Part shown: piece by piece, positions 41,721-50,940 of the stretch
Position numbering within the stretch: position 1 is the stretch's first letter
Layout of the letters: each line of letters opens with the position of its first letter
Sequence record: OQ411014.1
Direction: 5' to 3' (one strand)
From: Escherichia phage EJP2
Length of the DNA stretch: 64,000 bases
Notes under the pieces: generated by a model
What the model saw: the letters and a program-made list of their open reading frames with translations, nothing else
Database searches by the model: none
Told to the model about the DNA's origin: nothing
Made by a program: the position numbers and the translations under genes

Positions 41721-42159
41721 TAGATATAACATAAAGATGATCCAACGTGGATTTGATGTGTTTAAAAATATCATTGCAGCTTATAGGTTCTTGATGGAAG
41801 TTGATAATCTTTCTGAACTTGACTTATGTAATGATTTCTGTATAATTGATGATGCTGGTAATCGCAATACTGCATCAGCCACTATAGACGATGATAGAAT
41901 AATTTTCTCATTTGACGCTGCTGGTGTTATAGTTGATAACAATGAACTGATTTACACGGAATGTCTATATGATGATTCTGGACATAAAATCAAGTTCATC
42001 GTGAAGAATCCGAAATTCATTGTAAATGAAGAAACATTCTTCCAAGCGAGTATGTTGTATGATTTGTCTGATGTGAAAAGTTACGAATGGTTTGTAACTA
42101 TTATGCAAACATATGATTTCGTTATGGATTTCATGAAAATGGATTTTGAACAATACTAG
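41713..42159 (+). CDS. hypothetical protein, paralog family A (NEETFFQASM); tandem duplicate of next gene
   Basis: shares FIVNEETFFQAS..DLS.V..YEW.V.IMQ with 42168..42572. Confidence 0.6.
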   Translation: MCNRYNIKMIQRGFDVFKNIIAAYRFLMEVDNLSELDLCNDFCIIDDAGNRNTASATIDDDRIIFSFDAAGVIVDNNELIYTECLYDDSGHKIKFIVKNPKFIVNEETFFQASMLYDLSDVKSYEWFVTIMQTYDFVMDFMKMDFEQY

Positions 42160-42167
42160 GACTTAAA

Positions 42168-42572
42168 ATGATTGATCTTCAGAAACTGCTAATGGTTCAG
42201 TATGGTTTTGATGTGTTGTCGAGTAGTGATTTATCGAACGTGAATTTGAAAGATTTTGAATTCATTATCAGAGATGCAAACAATAACAGTACTGATGCTT
42301 ATGCGTCAATTCATAACGAAAGCGTTGATTTCACATTCAATGATTGTTCTGTGTATGTTGATGCTACAGAAATCGAAATCGTTTACCGTGTATATAGTGA
42401 AAACTACGCGGACGATATCGAATATATCCTTTGTATTGAAAATCCAACTTATATAGTGAATGAAGAAACTTTCTTCCAGGCTAGTACACTTCAAGATTTA
42501 TCAGAAGTTCCTGGGTATGAGTGGATTGTTTCTATTATGCAAATGTACAAAAATATTATTACTAAGGTATAA
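42168..42572 (+). CDS. hypothetical protein, paralog family A (NEETFFQAST); tandem duplicate
   Basis: near-identical C-terminal 40 aa to previous gene. Confidence 0.6.
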   Translation: MIDLQKLLMVQYGFDVLSSSDLSNVNLKDFEFIIRDANNNSTDAYASIHNESVDFTFNDCSVYVDATEIEIVYRVYSENYADDIEYILCIENPTYIVNEETFFQASTLQDLSEVPGYEWIVSIMQMYKNIITKV

Positions 42573-42573
42573 T

Positions 42574-43092
42574 ATGAAAGAGCTTATTGAACGTGTAGAT
42601 TTCTTTGAACTGATTGCATTGGAATTTGATCCAGAATGTACTGATATTCTTTCAGATGTACCAATCTTCCCTATTGAAAACGATGATGGTACTTCATCGT
42701 ACTTAGAAGATTACGAAGATTATTTGCGTAGCTTCTGTCCAACATCAAACGATAAAGTGCATCTCTTTACTGAAATTATTCATGTACAATACAATACAAA
42801 TAATAAAGAAATTGTATTATGTGCAATGGATACATTCAACAGTACTGAAGCTGGTATTGCACGTGAGTATGCTAAACTATATCTCATTGATACAGGTGAG
42901 TATTGTAAACTTACCATCAAGGAAAATTCATTTATATTCAATAACAAAGAATATAAGCTAGGTACTACTGAAGAAGAGAACTTCCAGATTTCATGTACTG
43001 ACATGGGTTACTTCAATAATGTAGTAAATGAAGTAAAGAAATTTATTCTTCAAGATATTGACAAGAATGGATTACCTGAGTATAATAAATAA
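42574..43092 (+). CDS. hypothetical protein, paralog family A (TEEENFQISC)
   Basis: start moved to ATG 42574 (track ORF begins 42460). Confidence 0.55.
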   Translation: MKELIERVDFFELIALEFDPECTDILSDVPIFPIENDDGTSSYLEDYEDYLRSFCPTSNDKVHLFTEIIHVQYNTNNKEIVLCAMDTFNSTEAGIAREYAKLYLIDTGEYCKLTIKENSFIFNNKEYKLGTTEEENFQISCTDMGYFNNVVNEVKKFILQDIDKNGLPEYNK

Positions 43093-43101
43093 CAGAATTA
43101 C

Positions 43102-43191
43102 AGAAGGTTGGCAGAGCGGCTAAATGCACTCGCCTACTAAGCGAGCACTCGCTCCGGCGAGTCGAGGGTTCGAATCCCCCACCTTCTGCCA
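43102..43191 (+). tRNA. type II tRNA with apparent ACU anticodon (Ser-like, unusual)
   Basis: acceptor AGAAGGT/ACCTTCT, anticodon stem CTCGC/GCGAG with loop CTACTAA, long variable arm, T-loop GGTTCGAATCC, encoded CCA; anticodon read by hand. Confidence 0.6.
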
Positions 43192-43204
43192 TATTAGGAT
43201 TTCA

Positions 43205-43594
43205 ATGATGACAATGCATGTGTACGATGAGTATGAAGAACGTATAAAACATGAAATCCAAAGTTATTTGGATGGTGTCAATAAAAAATTGAAATACAGT
43301 TCGGGTAAACGTTTTCAATCATTCACCCTAGAATACATGGATTGTGATGATTATAAACAACGCAGAATAACTATAAAAATTGCAGTTGATCCGAAGTTTA
43401 GTTGTGTGCATTCATCTTTACAGATAGATTCCACTTTTGGTGAAGATGAAGATCAATACTGGAGTGGTTTTTCCTATATACCAGAAAGTGAAGAAAAGCA
43501 CTTTCAAGAAACGTTACTCAATAAACAGATTTTAAGCTGGGATTTATTGCAGTACTTGATTGTTTTCTTCACTAAAATGCAAAATAAAGATTGA
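43205..43594 (+). CDS. hypothetical protein, paralog family A (SEEKHFQETL)
   Basis: start moved to ATG 43205 to clear the tRNA (track ORF begins 43124). Confidence 0.55.
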   Translation: MMTMHVYDEYEERIKHEIQSYLDGVNKKLKYSSGKRFQSFTLEYMDCDDYKQRRITIKIAVDPKFSCVHSSLQIDSTFGEDEDQYWSGFSYIPESEEKHFQETLLNKQILSWDLLQYLIVFFTKMQNKD

Positions 43595-43641
43595 CTGTAC
43601 TGTAATGAACTAGTATTATATTACTTAGAGGATATAAAAAC

Positions 43642-44001
43642 ATGGCAGTTCAGGATTTTTCAAAATATGAAAAGTTTCTTAGAACATTTTTGAATTCCAA
43701 ATTAACATCTTACGATGCAGCACATAGTGAAGATAAACCAGCACGTCGCATTGTAAATGAAAATCAAGATTCATTTATTATTACTAATGATGAAATTATT
43801 TTTGAATCATTTGAAGATATAAAAAGACCTGCAAAACCAACTTTACAAGATATCGTAAATAGCTTAAATGCTAGATACATTACCTTTCAGTTGTGTAATG
43901 ATGAAGAAGATGAATTTCAGAAAAGTACAGTATATGAGAATATCTTTCCACATGAATTAAATTCTGTTATACTTGATATACTGAATAGTACTGAACAGTA
44001 G
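43642..44001 (+). CDS. hypothetical protein, family A-like (EEDEFQKST)
   Basis: degenerate family motif. Confidence 0.5.
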   Translation: MAVQDFSKYEKFLRTFLNSKLTSYDAAHSEDKPARRIVNENQDSFIITNDEIIFESFEDIKRPAKPTLQDIVNSLNARYITFQLCNDEEDEFQKSTVYENIFPHELNSVILDILNSTEQ

Positions 44002-44028
44002 ATATCAGTACTGATAAAAGGGTAACAC

Positions 44029-44238
44029 ATGAAAGCACGAGAACTTGCTAAAATTCTGATGGATAATCCCGAAGCTGAAGTTGTTTTGAATGATAATGAA
44101 TCAAATTATCAATTTTCACATATTGCCTGTACTGAAACTTTTTATAAAGATTCGTATGCTGAATCTTGGCAAAACGATGATAACAAAACTATTTCAGAAA
44201 ATGAAAAATTCAAAGTTGATGTAATAGTTTTGTACTGA
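44029..44238 (+). CDS. hypothetical protein, paralog family B
   Basis: N-terminus MKARELAKILMDNPEAEVV. Confidence 0.55.
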   Translation: MKARELAKILMDNPEAEVVLNDNESNYQFSHIACTETFYKDSYAESWQNDDNKTISENEKFKVDVIVLY

Positions 44239-44244
44239 TATAAT
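44225..44244 (+). promoter_or_regulatory. possible extended -10 promoter (TGATATAAT 44236-44244)
   Basis: TGnTATAAT overlapping upstream stop; would transcribe a 200-nt leader and the tRNA-Ser. Confidence 0.35.
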
Positions 44245-44445
44245 GAATTCCACAATCAGACGTATATGGTGTAAGTTACGTCGATGTAATCCAGAACAAG
44301 ATCTCTGGTACTCTAGGAAGTGGTGAATGTTAACCTAGACGGGTTTGATAATTGGACGATAGGCAATTATTACTTGACTAGCAGGTTTAAACTAGAGGTG
44401 ACAGTCCTTCACCAAACTGGAAAACCGGATGGACTTTTTAATTTA

Positions 44446-44540
<95 letters not shown>

Positions 44541-44607
44541 TATTGTTCCGAAAAGAATCGAGTTCTAAGATTTGTGATAACTTGTCTTAGTATAAGATTT
44601 TGTGTAA

Positions 44608-44686
<79 letters not shown>

Positions 44687-44695
44687 TCCAAATTC

Positions 44696-44769
44696 GGCCC
44701 TTTAGCTCAGTTGGTTAGAGCAGAGAACTCATAATTCTTTGGTCACTGGTTCGAGTCCAGTAGGGGCCA
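44696..44769 (+). tRNA. tRNA with CAU anticodon (Met or lysidine-type Ile2)
   Basis: acceptor GGCCCTT/AGGGGCC, D-arm TAGCTCAGTTGGTTAGAGC, anticodon loop CTCATAA, T-arm ACTGG-TTCGAGT-CCAGT; no CCA. Confidence 0.8.
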
Positions 44770-44785
44770 TTAACAAGGAAACAAA

Positions 44786-44971
44786 ATGCAACTTTTCATT
44801 CTTTCTGTATTGTATATTATGATAATGATTCCATTATCAATACGTCTAATTGCAGTAGAGGGATTTTTATCGAAACATGGACATAGATCTATGATCTTAG
44901 TTCCTATTGGTTTGATACTGTTTGGTATTGTTGCATTTATCATGGGAATTAAAGCTGCATTCTTTTCATAG
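44786..44971 (+). CDS. small membrane protein
   Basis: 61 aa, two hydrophobic helices. Confidence 0.5.
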   Translation: MQLFILSVLYIMIMIPLSIRLIAVEGFLSKHGHRSMILVPIGLILFGIVAFIMGIKAAFFS

Positions 44972-44980
44972 GAAACAACA

Positions 44981-45238
44981 ATGACATATTTCTTGATTCA
45001 AAGCGATGCGGATGATGAAGTAATCGCAAAAACTAAAATCGATATTGATAACTACCGTACAGTACTGGAAGCTATTCACTACTATGATGTGCGTTTACCA
45101 AGCAATGTCAACGAAATCAAAAACTGGATTGAACTGGGTGAATACAAAATTGAATCTTTATCCATTTCAGGTGATGAGTTAGAAGAAGATGGTTTCCTTA
45201 CAGAAACTATGTACTTGACTATTGAAAACGAGTTCTAA
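44981..45238 (+). CDS. hypothetical protein
   Basis: 85-aa ORF. Confidence 0.5.
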   Translation: MTYFLIQSDADDEVIAKTKIDIDNYRTVLEAIHYYDVRLPSNVNEIKNWIELGEYKIESLSISGDELEEDGFLTETMYLTIENEF

Positions 45239-45255
45239 CTCACGGGGAATAACGA

Positions 45256-45507
45256 ATGTTATCAGTATATGTTGTAATATCAATGTCGATTGTCATTTCA
45301 CTTATTCTCATGGTTATCATTTACGATACACTGGTAACACTTAACATCGTTGATGGTACACGTATCAGTACTGGACTATTCGGTTGGCATGTGTTAGCAT
45401 TCATGCTTTCATTTCTACCATTTATCAATCTAGTATGGTTGATGGTTATTATCGTCCATATCCGAAACATGCGTAAAGACACTGGGAAATCAAATGAAAA
45501 AGAATGA
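45256..45507 (+). CDS. small membrane protein
   Basis: 83 aa, hydrophobic. Confidence 0.5.
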   Translation: MLSVYVVISMSIVISLILMVIIYDTLVTLNIVDGTRISTGLFGWHVLAFMLSFLPFINLVWLMVIIVHIRNMRKDTGKSNEKE

Positions 45508-45895
45508 CTTGATCAAAATGCTCCAAGAGATTGACGGCAATCCAGAGATTGTTATTTGGAATGGCTATGTCGATGATTATATGAACATCGAAAAAGGCTT
45601 GACTAAAATCACTCTAGTCAAAGAAACTGAACAGTTCCTTCTGAACGCATTAGAACACGAATGGTGCGAACGTAACAAGACATTCGACATACCAGAAGAC
45701 CAACGAACTAAGATTGCTGAACGGGCAAAAGAACTTCATAAGAAACGTGAATACGATTTCCAGAACCCATATGTTACTGAAGAAGAATTCAATCACTGGT
45801 ACGGAAAGAAAAAGTTGACAAAGTATGTCCTTTCACCTAAACTACGTGGTAAGACTTCACTTGGTGTATTCAACGCTTCTGACTTGGACTACTAA
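45494..45895 (+). CDS. hypothetical protein, paralog family B
   Basis: N-terminus MKKNDLIKMLQEIDGNPEIVI. Confidence 0.55.
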   Translation: MKKNDLIKMLQEIDGNPEIVIWNGYVDDYMNIEKGLTKITLVKETEQFLLNALEHEWCERNKTFDIPEDQRTKIAERAKELHKKREYDFQNPYVTEEEFNHWYGKKKLTKYVLSPKLRGKTSLGVFNASDLDY

Positions 45896-45906
45896 GGAAA
45901 AATAAA

Positions 45907-46227
45907 ATGATGTGGTATTCTAACGTACCGTGTGAACCTAAATATATTCAGATTTCACATAATGCACTGAAAGCGTTCTGTGATAATTGCAGTACTAAAG
46001 ATTATCACTTCGAAGACTTCAGAACGTTGATTTATGACCATCACTGTCAGCCAGCAACCAAAGATGGTATGTTTGTAATTGAACAATTCTTTCATGGTAA
46101 AGTATTGCAAATTGTTGCTGATTATCTGAAAGCAATGGGATATATTATCAAAGATGATTATCTTGATTTGGAAGGTGAATGCATTGTTGATGGTTATGAT
46201 GGTGTACTGATGAATTGGACATGGTGA
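45907..46227 (+). CDS. hypothetical protein
   Basis: 106-aa ORF. Confidence 0.5.
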   Translation: MMWYSNVPCEPKYIQISHNALKAFCDNCSTKDYHFEDFRTLIYDHHCQPATKDGMFVIEQFFHGKVLQIVADYLKAMGYIIKDDYLDLEGECIVDGYDGVLMNWTW

Positions 46228-46231
46228 TGAA

Positions 46232-46534
46232 ATGATTGCAACAATGATGATTGTACTTATCCCAATAGTACTAGTAATTCTAGTTACTTCATATGGTGCA
46301 ACCACAACTATTGAAGATCTAAAAACACATTACGCTATCGTCTTTAGTGAAGCACATGAAGACTTTGGTACAGTACTGACCGATAAGACTTATATTGCAA
46401 CTAAATGTAAGTACTACCGATTCTGGGAACGTTCTGACAAATACCACTACAGAGATGAGAAAGGCGTGAATCAGTACTTAGACGTACTGGATGCATTCTT
46501 GAAACCTTACTATACAGTAACCGAGGTAAAATAA
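46232..46534 (+). CDS. hypothetical protein (N-terminal TM)
   Basis: 100-aa ORF. Confidence 0.5.
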   Translation: MIATMMIVLIPIVLVILVTSYGATTTIEDLKTHYAIVFSEAHEDFGTVLTDKTYIATKCKYYRFWERSDKYHYRDEKGVNQYLDVLDAFLKPYYTVTEVK

Positions 46535-46535
46535 C

Positions 46536-46751
46536 GTGAAAGCTAAAGATTTGATTTCAATTTTACAGAAAAACCCAGAAGCAGATATTCTTATTCATGC
46601 TTCGCCTTATGATGACTATGCGATTGGTAGTTGCGAAACTGCTCATTCATATCAAGCAGGGGACACCGCTGTTGAAGAGTCTGGTGAAGATTTTTCGGAT
46701 TCATTTGATGAAGATGGAAAACTCTTAGTACCAGTCATCATCCTCTCATAA
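46536..46751 (+). CDS. hypothetical protein, paralog family B
   Basis: GTG start; N-terminus MKAKDLISILQKNPEADILI. Confidence 0.5.
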   Translation: MKAKDLISILQKNPEADILIHASPYDDYAIGSCETAHSYQAGDTAVEESGEDFSDSFDEDGKLLVPVIILS

Positions 46752-46840
46752 AAGAACGAAATGTAGACGGTCGTATTCAGTACTGAGTCACCAGGGGAGG
46801 TTGTGATTCCCGATTCAGTAGCTTATAAAGCAGTTCCGTG

Positions 46841-47163
<323 letters not shown>

Positions 47164-47232
47164 TACAGTAAGATAACCTCCCCTCAATGCGAAAGAGTAT
47201 GGAGACTTGTTGGTTATCTTACTTCCTAAATA

Positions 47233-47294
47233 GCCGTTTAGCTCAGTTGGTAGAGCAAACACCTAGGTCGTCTGTTCGAGTCAGATAAACTGCA
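47233..47294 (+). other. tRNA-like element lacking an anticodon arm (possible tRNA remnant)
   Basis: acceptor GCCGTTT/AAACTGC, canonical D-arm TAGCTCAGTTGGTAGAGC and T-arm GTCTG-TTCGAGT-CAGAT, but only about 13 nt between them. Confidence 0.4.
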
Positions 47295-47311
47295 CAAAAT
47301 AAAGGTACAAT

Positions 47312-47728
47312 ATGGAATACAACATTGTTAAAATGGTGAACTACGTATTAAAAAACAACACATGGTCACTCTATGATGTACAAATAGAAGATATTGGTGA
47401 AGTTAGAGTATTTTGTTATGATCCAGATTTGTATGAAACCACAGATTTGAGTAAATGTTTTAATATTTTTCTTGGTTATGAAATCAATAATCATTTTTAT
47501 TCATTTGATGTGTATTTTGAACGAGTTATAATCAGAATTACTAATGTAGATAATGATTATTTTGACACTGAAATTATATTGAATTTTAACGATATTGATA
47601 CAGAAGAAAAATTCTTCCAGTACTCTTTAGTTAACGACACAATGGGATTGTCATTTGAGGACATTGAAGCTATACTTAAAGTTCAAAGTTCAATTTCAGA
47701 AGAGGTTCTAAATCCGTTAAATGTCTAG
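47312..47728 (+). CDS. hypothetical protein, paralog family A (TEEKFFQYSL)
   Basis: family motif near C-terminus. Confidence 0.55.
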   Translation: MEYNIVKMVNYVLKNNTWSLYDVQIEDIGEVRVFCYDPDLYETTDLSKCFNIFLGYEINNHFYSFDVYFERVIIRITNVDNDYFDTEIILNFNDIDTEEKFFQYSLVNDTMGLSFEDIEAILKVQSSISEEVLNPLNV

Positions 47729-47933
47729 AACAGTTTACAAGCACAATGGTGTAGTTTACATTACTGACAATGCTGGAACGTGGATTGTTAATAAAGGTAA
47801 TGCACCAAACCCGTACTCAATTGGTAGTGAGTTTTTATTGAAAAGGACATGGATTGCCACAGACAATATGTGCAAGTGCGGTGAGTACAGTACATATGAA
47901 GAAGCAATGAACCGTGTTCGTTCTATTATGTAA
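47721..47933 (+). CDS. hypothetical protein
   Basis: 70-aa ORF. Confidence 0.5.
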   Translation: MSRTVYKHNGVVYITDNAGTWIVNKGNAPNPYSIGSEFLLKRTWIATDNMCKCGEYSTYEEAMNRVRSIM

Positions 47934-47944
47934 TAGGAGATTTT

Positions 47945-48136
47945 ATGATTTGGAATTTAGCATGTTTATTTGGTCGTACATTCGTACTGGCAATTATCCA
48001 CACTCCTGGTATTCGTAATTTCGTTTCGTATGAATTCAAAGAAGCATACCATAACAACACTGAGCCTCGTCTTATTCGTATGAGTAAAGACTTTAACGTT
48101 CCTGTACAAAAATTCAAAAAGTACAGCGACGAATAA
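47945..48136 (+). CDS. hypothetical protein
   Basis: 63-aa ORF with GGAG RBS. Confidence 0.45.
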   Translation: MIWNLACLFGRTFVLAIIHTPGIRNFVSYEFKEAYHNNTEPRLIRMSKDFNVPVQKFKKYSDE

Positions 48137-48292
48137 TATAACAAATTTGAACAATTCAATCCGAACTAGTACTGATAGAACAAGCACTTACGGCTGTAAA
48201 CTGGGGTTCAGTACAAACCCCTTCAGGTACAGAGTGCAACAGATTGATGACAAAAGGTATCCTTCGTCACGTTCAACCCATAAGGACAACCC

Positions 48293-48658
48293 ATGAATGT
48301 AAAAGACCTCATGGCGATTTTAACTCGCCTTGACCCTGAAACTGAAGTAGTTATTGACGTTCAGGTTCCATATGACTCAATCGGTCCTACACCTAGTGTA
48401 GCTATCAAACACGCAGTAAAAGGATTTGATTGGGATAATGGTACAGTACGTTTATGTACTGAGCAGAAGTTAGTACTGTTCAATGAAGAGCAATATAAAC
48501 ATTTCTGTGTAATGAAGACTGAAGCTCGTAAAGAACGTTCAGATGCATGGAATAAACTAAACATCAGGAGTATGTCCTATGAAGAGTCCATTGAAGTTTC
48601 TAAGGACATTGATAAAAATGTACACCCTCTATTCAAAGGTTCTTACAATGAAAGATAA
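48293..48658 (+). CDS. hypothetical protein, paralog family B
   Basis: N-terminus MNVKDLMAILTRLDPETEVVI. Confidence 0.55.
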   Translation: MNVKDLMAILTRLDPETEVVIDVQVPYDSIGPTPSVAIKHAVKGFDWDNGTVRLCTEQKLVLFNEEQYKHFCVMKTEARKERSDAWNKLNIRSMSYEESIEVSKDIDKNVHPLFKGSYNER

Positions 48659-48877
48659 GAAATTCAATACAAAACGGTTTATCAGTCCAGAAGTAAAAGC
48701 TCGTCTAATCGAGATGTTGAAAAAGAAATAATCAATAATACCTATCATCTAATATCAGTACTACCAGGCGAGGTTCTACGTTTGCAGTACTGACAGGATA
48801 CCTCGTTCGCCAGTGGTGGGTTCGGGGGATGTACGTAAAGTCGTACTGGGTATGCCAAATGTGATATGGAGAGAAAC

Positions 48878-49357
48878 ATGGAATTAAGTTTAAAGCACCA
48901 GAATGCTCTGAAACGAGTAATGGACCATATCAAAACGAACAAGTCACTTTCTATGAGTACGTATGATTCCTTCCACAAAACAACACAAGTGTGGGCGAGT
49001 GATTCATTCGATAACTCGAAAGATAAAAGTAATTCTTGTATAGAAGATACTGATGGTGTAATATATGTAAATCTAAAGTACTCAAATTTTGAAGAAATGT
49101 ATATGTATATCGACATCAGAGATATGGTGGTTAACATTTCATATGCATATGATGAAGACATTGCTGCATTGAAACATGAATCGGAGATAACAAATGATTA
49201 TTGGTATGCTGATTTCACTGTTCCGATATTTGAAAAAGAAGAAGAATATTTCCAGTACTTAACTACTGAAGAGAATCCTTTGTCTATAGAAGAAAACAAA
49301 ATGTTTATTGATTTTGTTGTTGAATTTTATAAAAGAAAAGAAAAACATATTCGTTGA
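48878..49357 (+). CDS. hypothetical protein, paralog family A (KEEEYFQYLT)
   Basis: start moved to ATG 48878 with GGAGAG RBS. Confidence 0.55.
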   Translation: MELSLKHQNALKRVMDHIKTNKSLSMSTYDSFHKTTQVWASDSFDNSKDKSNSCIEDTDGVIYVNLKYSNFEEMYMYIDIRDMVVNISYAYDEDIAALKHESEITNDYWYADFTVPIFEKEEEYFQYLTTEENPLSIEENKMFIDFVVEFYKRKEKHIR

Positions 49358-49382
49358 CACATGACCTGTACTTGAGTATAAT
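49354..49382 (+). promoter_or_regulatory. consensus sigma70 promoter (TTGACA-17-TATAAT)
   Basis: TTGACA 49354-49359, TATAAT 49377-49382. Confidence 0.55.
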
Positions 49383-49417
49383 CAGTACAGGTTTTTTTAT
49401 TGTCAAAAGGTGAAGAC

Positions 49418-49885
49418 ATGACAGCCCAAACTATAGCAAAGCACTTTCAACAGGAATGTGAAACGTTCAGGACATTTAAAATTGACAACTGGTTAGGTCC
49501 AGATGGTAAGCCAACTGTAGATTTCAATGCTAGTGGTGAAGGAATTACTAATTACTACGCCCCGAACTATAAACCATCTGTAGGTTTAGCACAGACTATA
49601 TACATCGGCAATTATGCAACATCTATTGGTGTAGTTGGTGGTGATGGAACAGGTGATATTGAACTGGATTTGAGTTATTATTACGAAACCAGTACTCTGA
49701 AGATTCACTACAGTTATACTAACGCCAATGACTACGGTCAGATTGAAACGAAAATTAGCGGTACTGAAGAAGATTACTTTCAACAAAGTACAATTCATGA
49801 GAAGCTATTCTCGCTGGAGTTCGAAAAAGAAATGTACGAATTCTTTCAAGAAGTCAAGAAACATTTCGCATATAAATCTAGGTGA
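49418..49885 (+). CDS. hypothetical protein, paralog family A (TEEDYFQQST)
   Basis: start moved to ATG 49418 with AAAGGTGAAG RBS. Confidence 0.55.
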   Translation: MTAQTIAKHFQQECETFRTFKIDNWLGPDGKPTVDFNASGEGITNYYAPNYKPSVGLAQTIYIGNYATSIGVVGGDGTGDIELDLSYYYETSTLKIHYSYTNANDYGQIETKISGTEEDYFQQSTIHEKLFSLEFEKEMYEFFQEVKKHFAYKSR

Positions 49886-49888
49886 CAT

Positions 49889-50302
49889 ATGAGTAAGTTA
49901 TTTGAAGAGTTATTAGACATGCTCGTTCAAGGGGCATATGATTTGGGTACGTTCTCTGCTGAAGAACATGCACGGAAATTCCGCTACGGCCTGACTAGTT
50001 CTTCTATGATCGTCGGGACGTACGCAGTGTTTGCACCTGATTCGTCCTTTAGTCTCAAAAGTGAAGCATATACTATTGACAAAGACGTATTGAAACTACC
50101 TAACGGTACTAAGATTCCACACAAAGAGTGCCAAACAGAAGAACAGTACTTCCAATTTAGTTTATTAGAGAATACTCTGGACCTGGAGTACCATGAATAC
50201 GCGTACGTTGTGAAGAAATATAAAACTCTACAATTCACTGCGAATCGCAAGATTTATCATTACAACAATTTATCACATAACAGTTTAGTTGCGAGGTACT
50301 AA
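49889..50302 (+). CDS. hypothetical protein, paralog family A (TEEQYFQFSL)
   Basis: family motif. Confidence 0.55.
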   Translation: MSKLFEELLDMLVQGAYDLGTFSAEEHARKFRYGLTSSSMIVGTYAVFAPDSSFSLKSEAYTIDKDVLKLPNGTKIPHKECQTEEQYFQFSLLENTLDLEYHEYAYVVKKYKTLQFTANRKIYHYNNLSHNSLVARY

Positions 50303-50700
50303 TGATGTGGACTATCAATGTAAAATATCAAACTGGGGATAGCTTTGGTTCTTCTGAATCTGAAGATACTATCCCTGTTGTGTGGGAAAACTTGGCATTA
50401 GCTAAAGAAGCACTACAGGCGATCCGTAATCACAACACAGCGGCGAATGAAATCGATAACGCAAGAAACCGTGAAGCAAAAATTGCATCCATGATGAAAT
50501 ACAATGCTGAGTACTGGTTCCTTCCATCAGAGAACCTGACAGGCCAGCACTGGGACTACAACTTAGCAGTACTGAACGATGATCGAATCCCTACTATTAT
50601 TCATGCTTTCTGGCGTGGATACTTTGAGCGTATTATTTGTGCTAAGATTGTGAAGTACACTGAAGATGATGAAGATGATGGTATGGAAATTTATTTCTAG
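50302..50700 (+). CDS. hypothetical protein
   Basis: 132-aa ORF, acidic C-terminus. Confidence 0.5.
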   Translation: MMWTINVKYQTGDSFGSSESEDTIPVVWENLALAKEALQAIRNHNTAANEIDNARNREAKIASMMKYNAEYWFLPSENLTGQHWDYNLAVLNDDRIPTIIHAFWRGYFERIICAKIVKYTEDDEDDGMEIYF

Positions 50701-50728
50701 TTGACAACGCATTCAGTACTGATATAAT
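50701..50728 (+). promoter_or_regulatory. sigma70 promoter (TTGACA-16-TATAAT), spacer contains TTCAGTACTGA
   Basis: TTGACA 50701-50706, TATAAT 50723-50728. Confidence 0.5.
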
Positions 50729-50759
50729 GTCAGTACTTTAACCAACTAAGGGTAATGAA

Positions 50760-50939
50760 ATGCAAAAGCAACGTATAGTGAACGTTCCAAAGGCGAATGA
50801 ACCTAATAACCGTGTGTTAGGGTTCGTGGTCGATTCTTCTAAAATTCCAGTAATGGGTTTATTCGAAGAAGAGTTCGAAGAAGAGTGCATTAACTATCTT
50901 CGTTCTAAGGGTTATGTTATTCAGTCCATAGGGGAATGA
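50760..50939 (+). CDS. small ORF (59 aa), unlisted in ORF track
   Basis: ATG 50760 with AAGGG RBS downstream of promoter; TGA at 50937-50939. Confidence 0.4.
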   Translation: MQKQRIVNVPKANEPNNRVLGFVVDSSKIPVMGLFEEEFEEECINYLRSKGYVIQSIGE

Positions 50940-50940
50940 T

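Noticed and set aside
43124-43204. N-terminal extension of the 43124..43594 track ORF
   Set aside because: Would be translated through the tRNA at 43102..43191; start moved to ATG 43205, which has an RBS.
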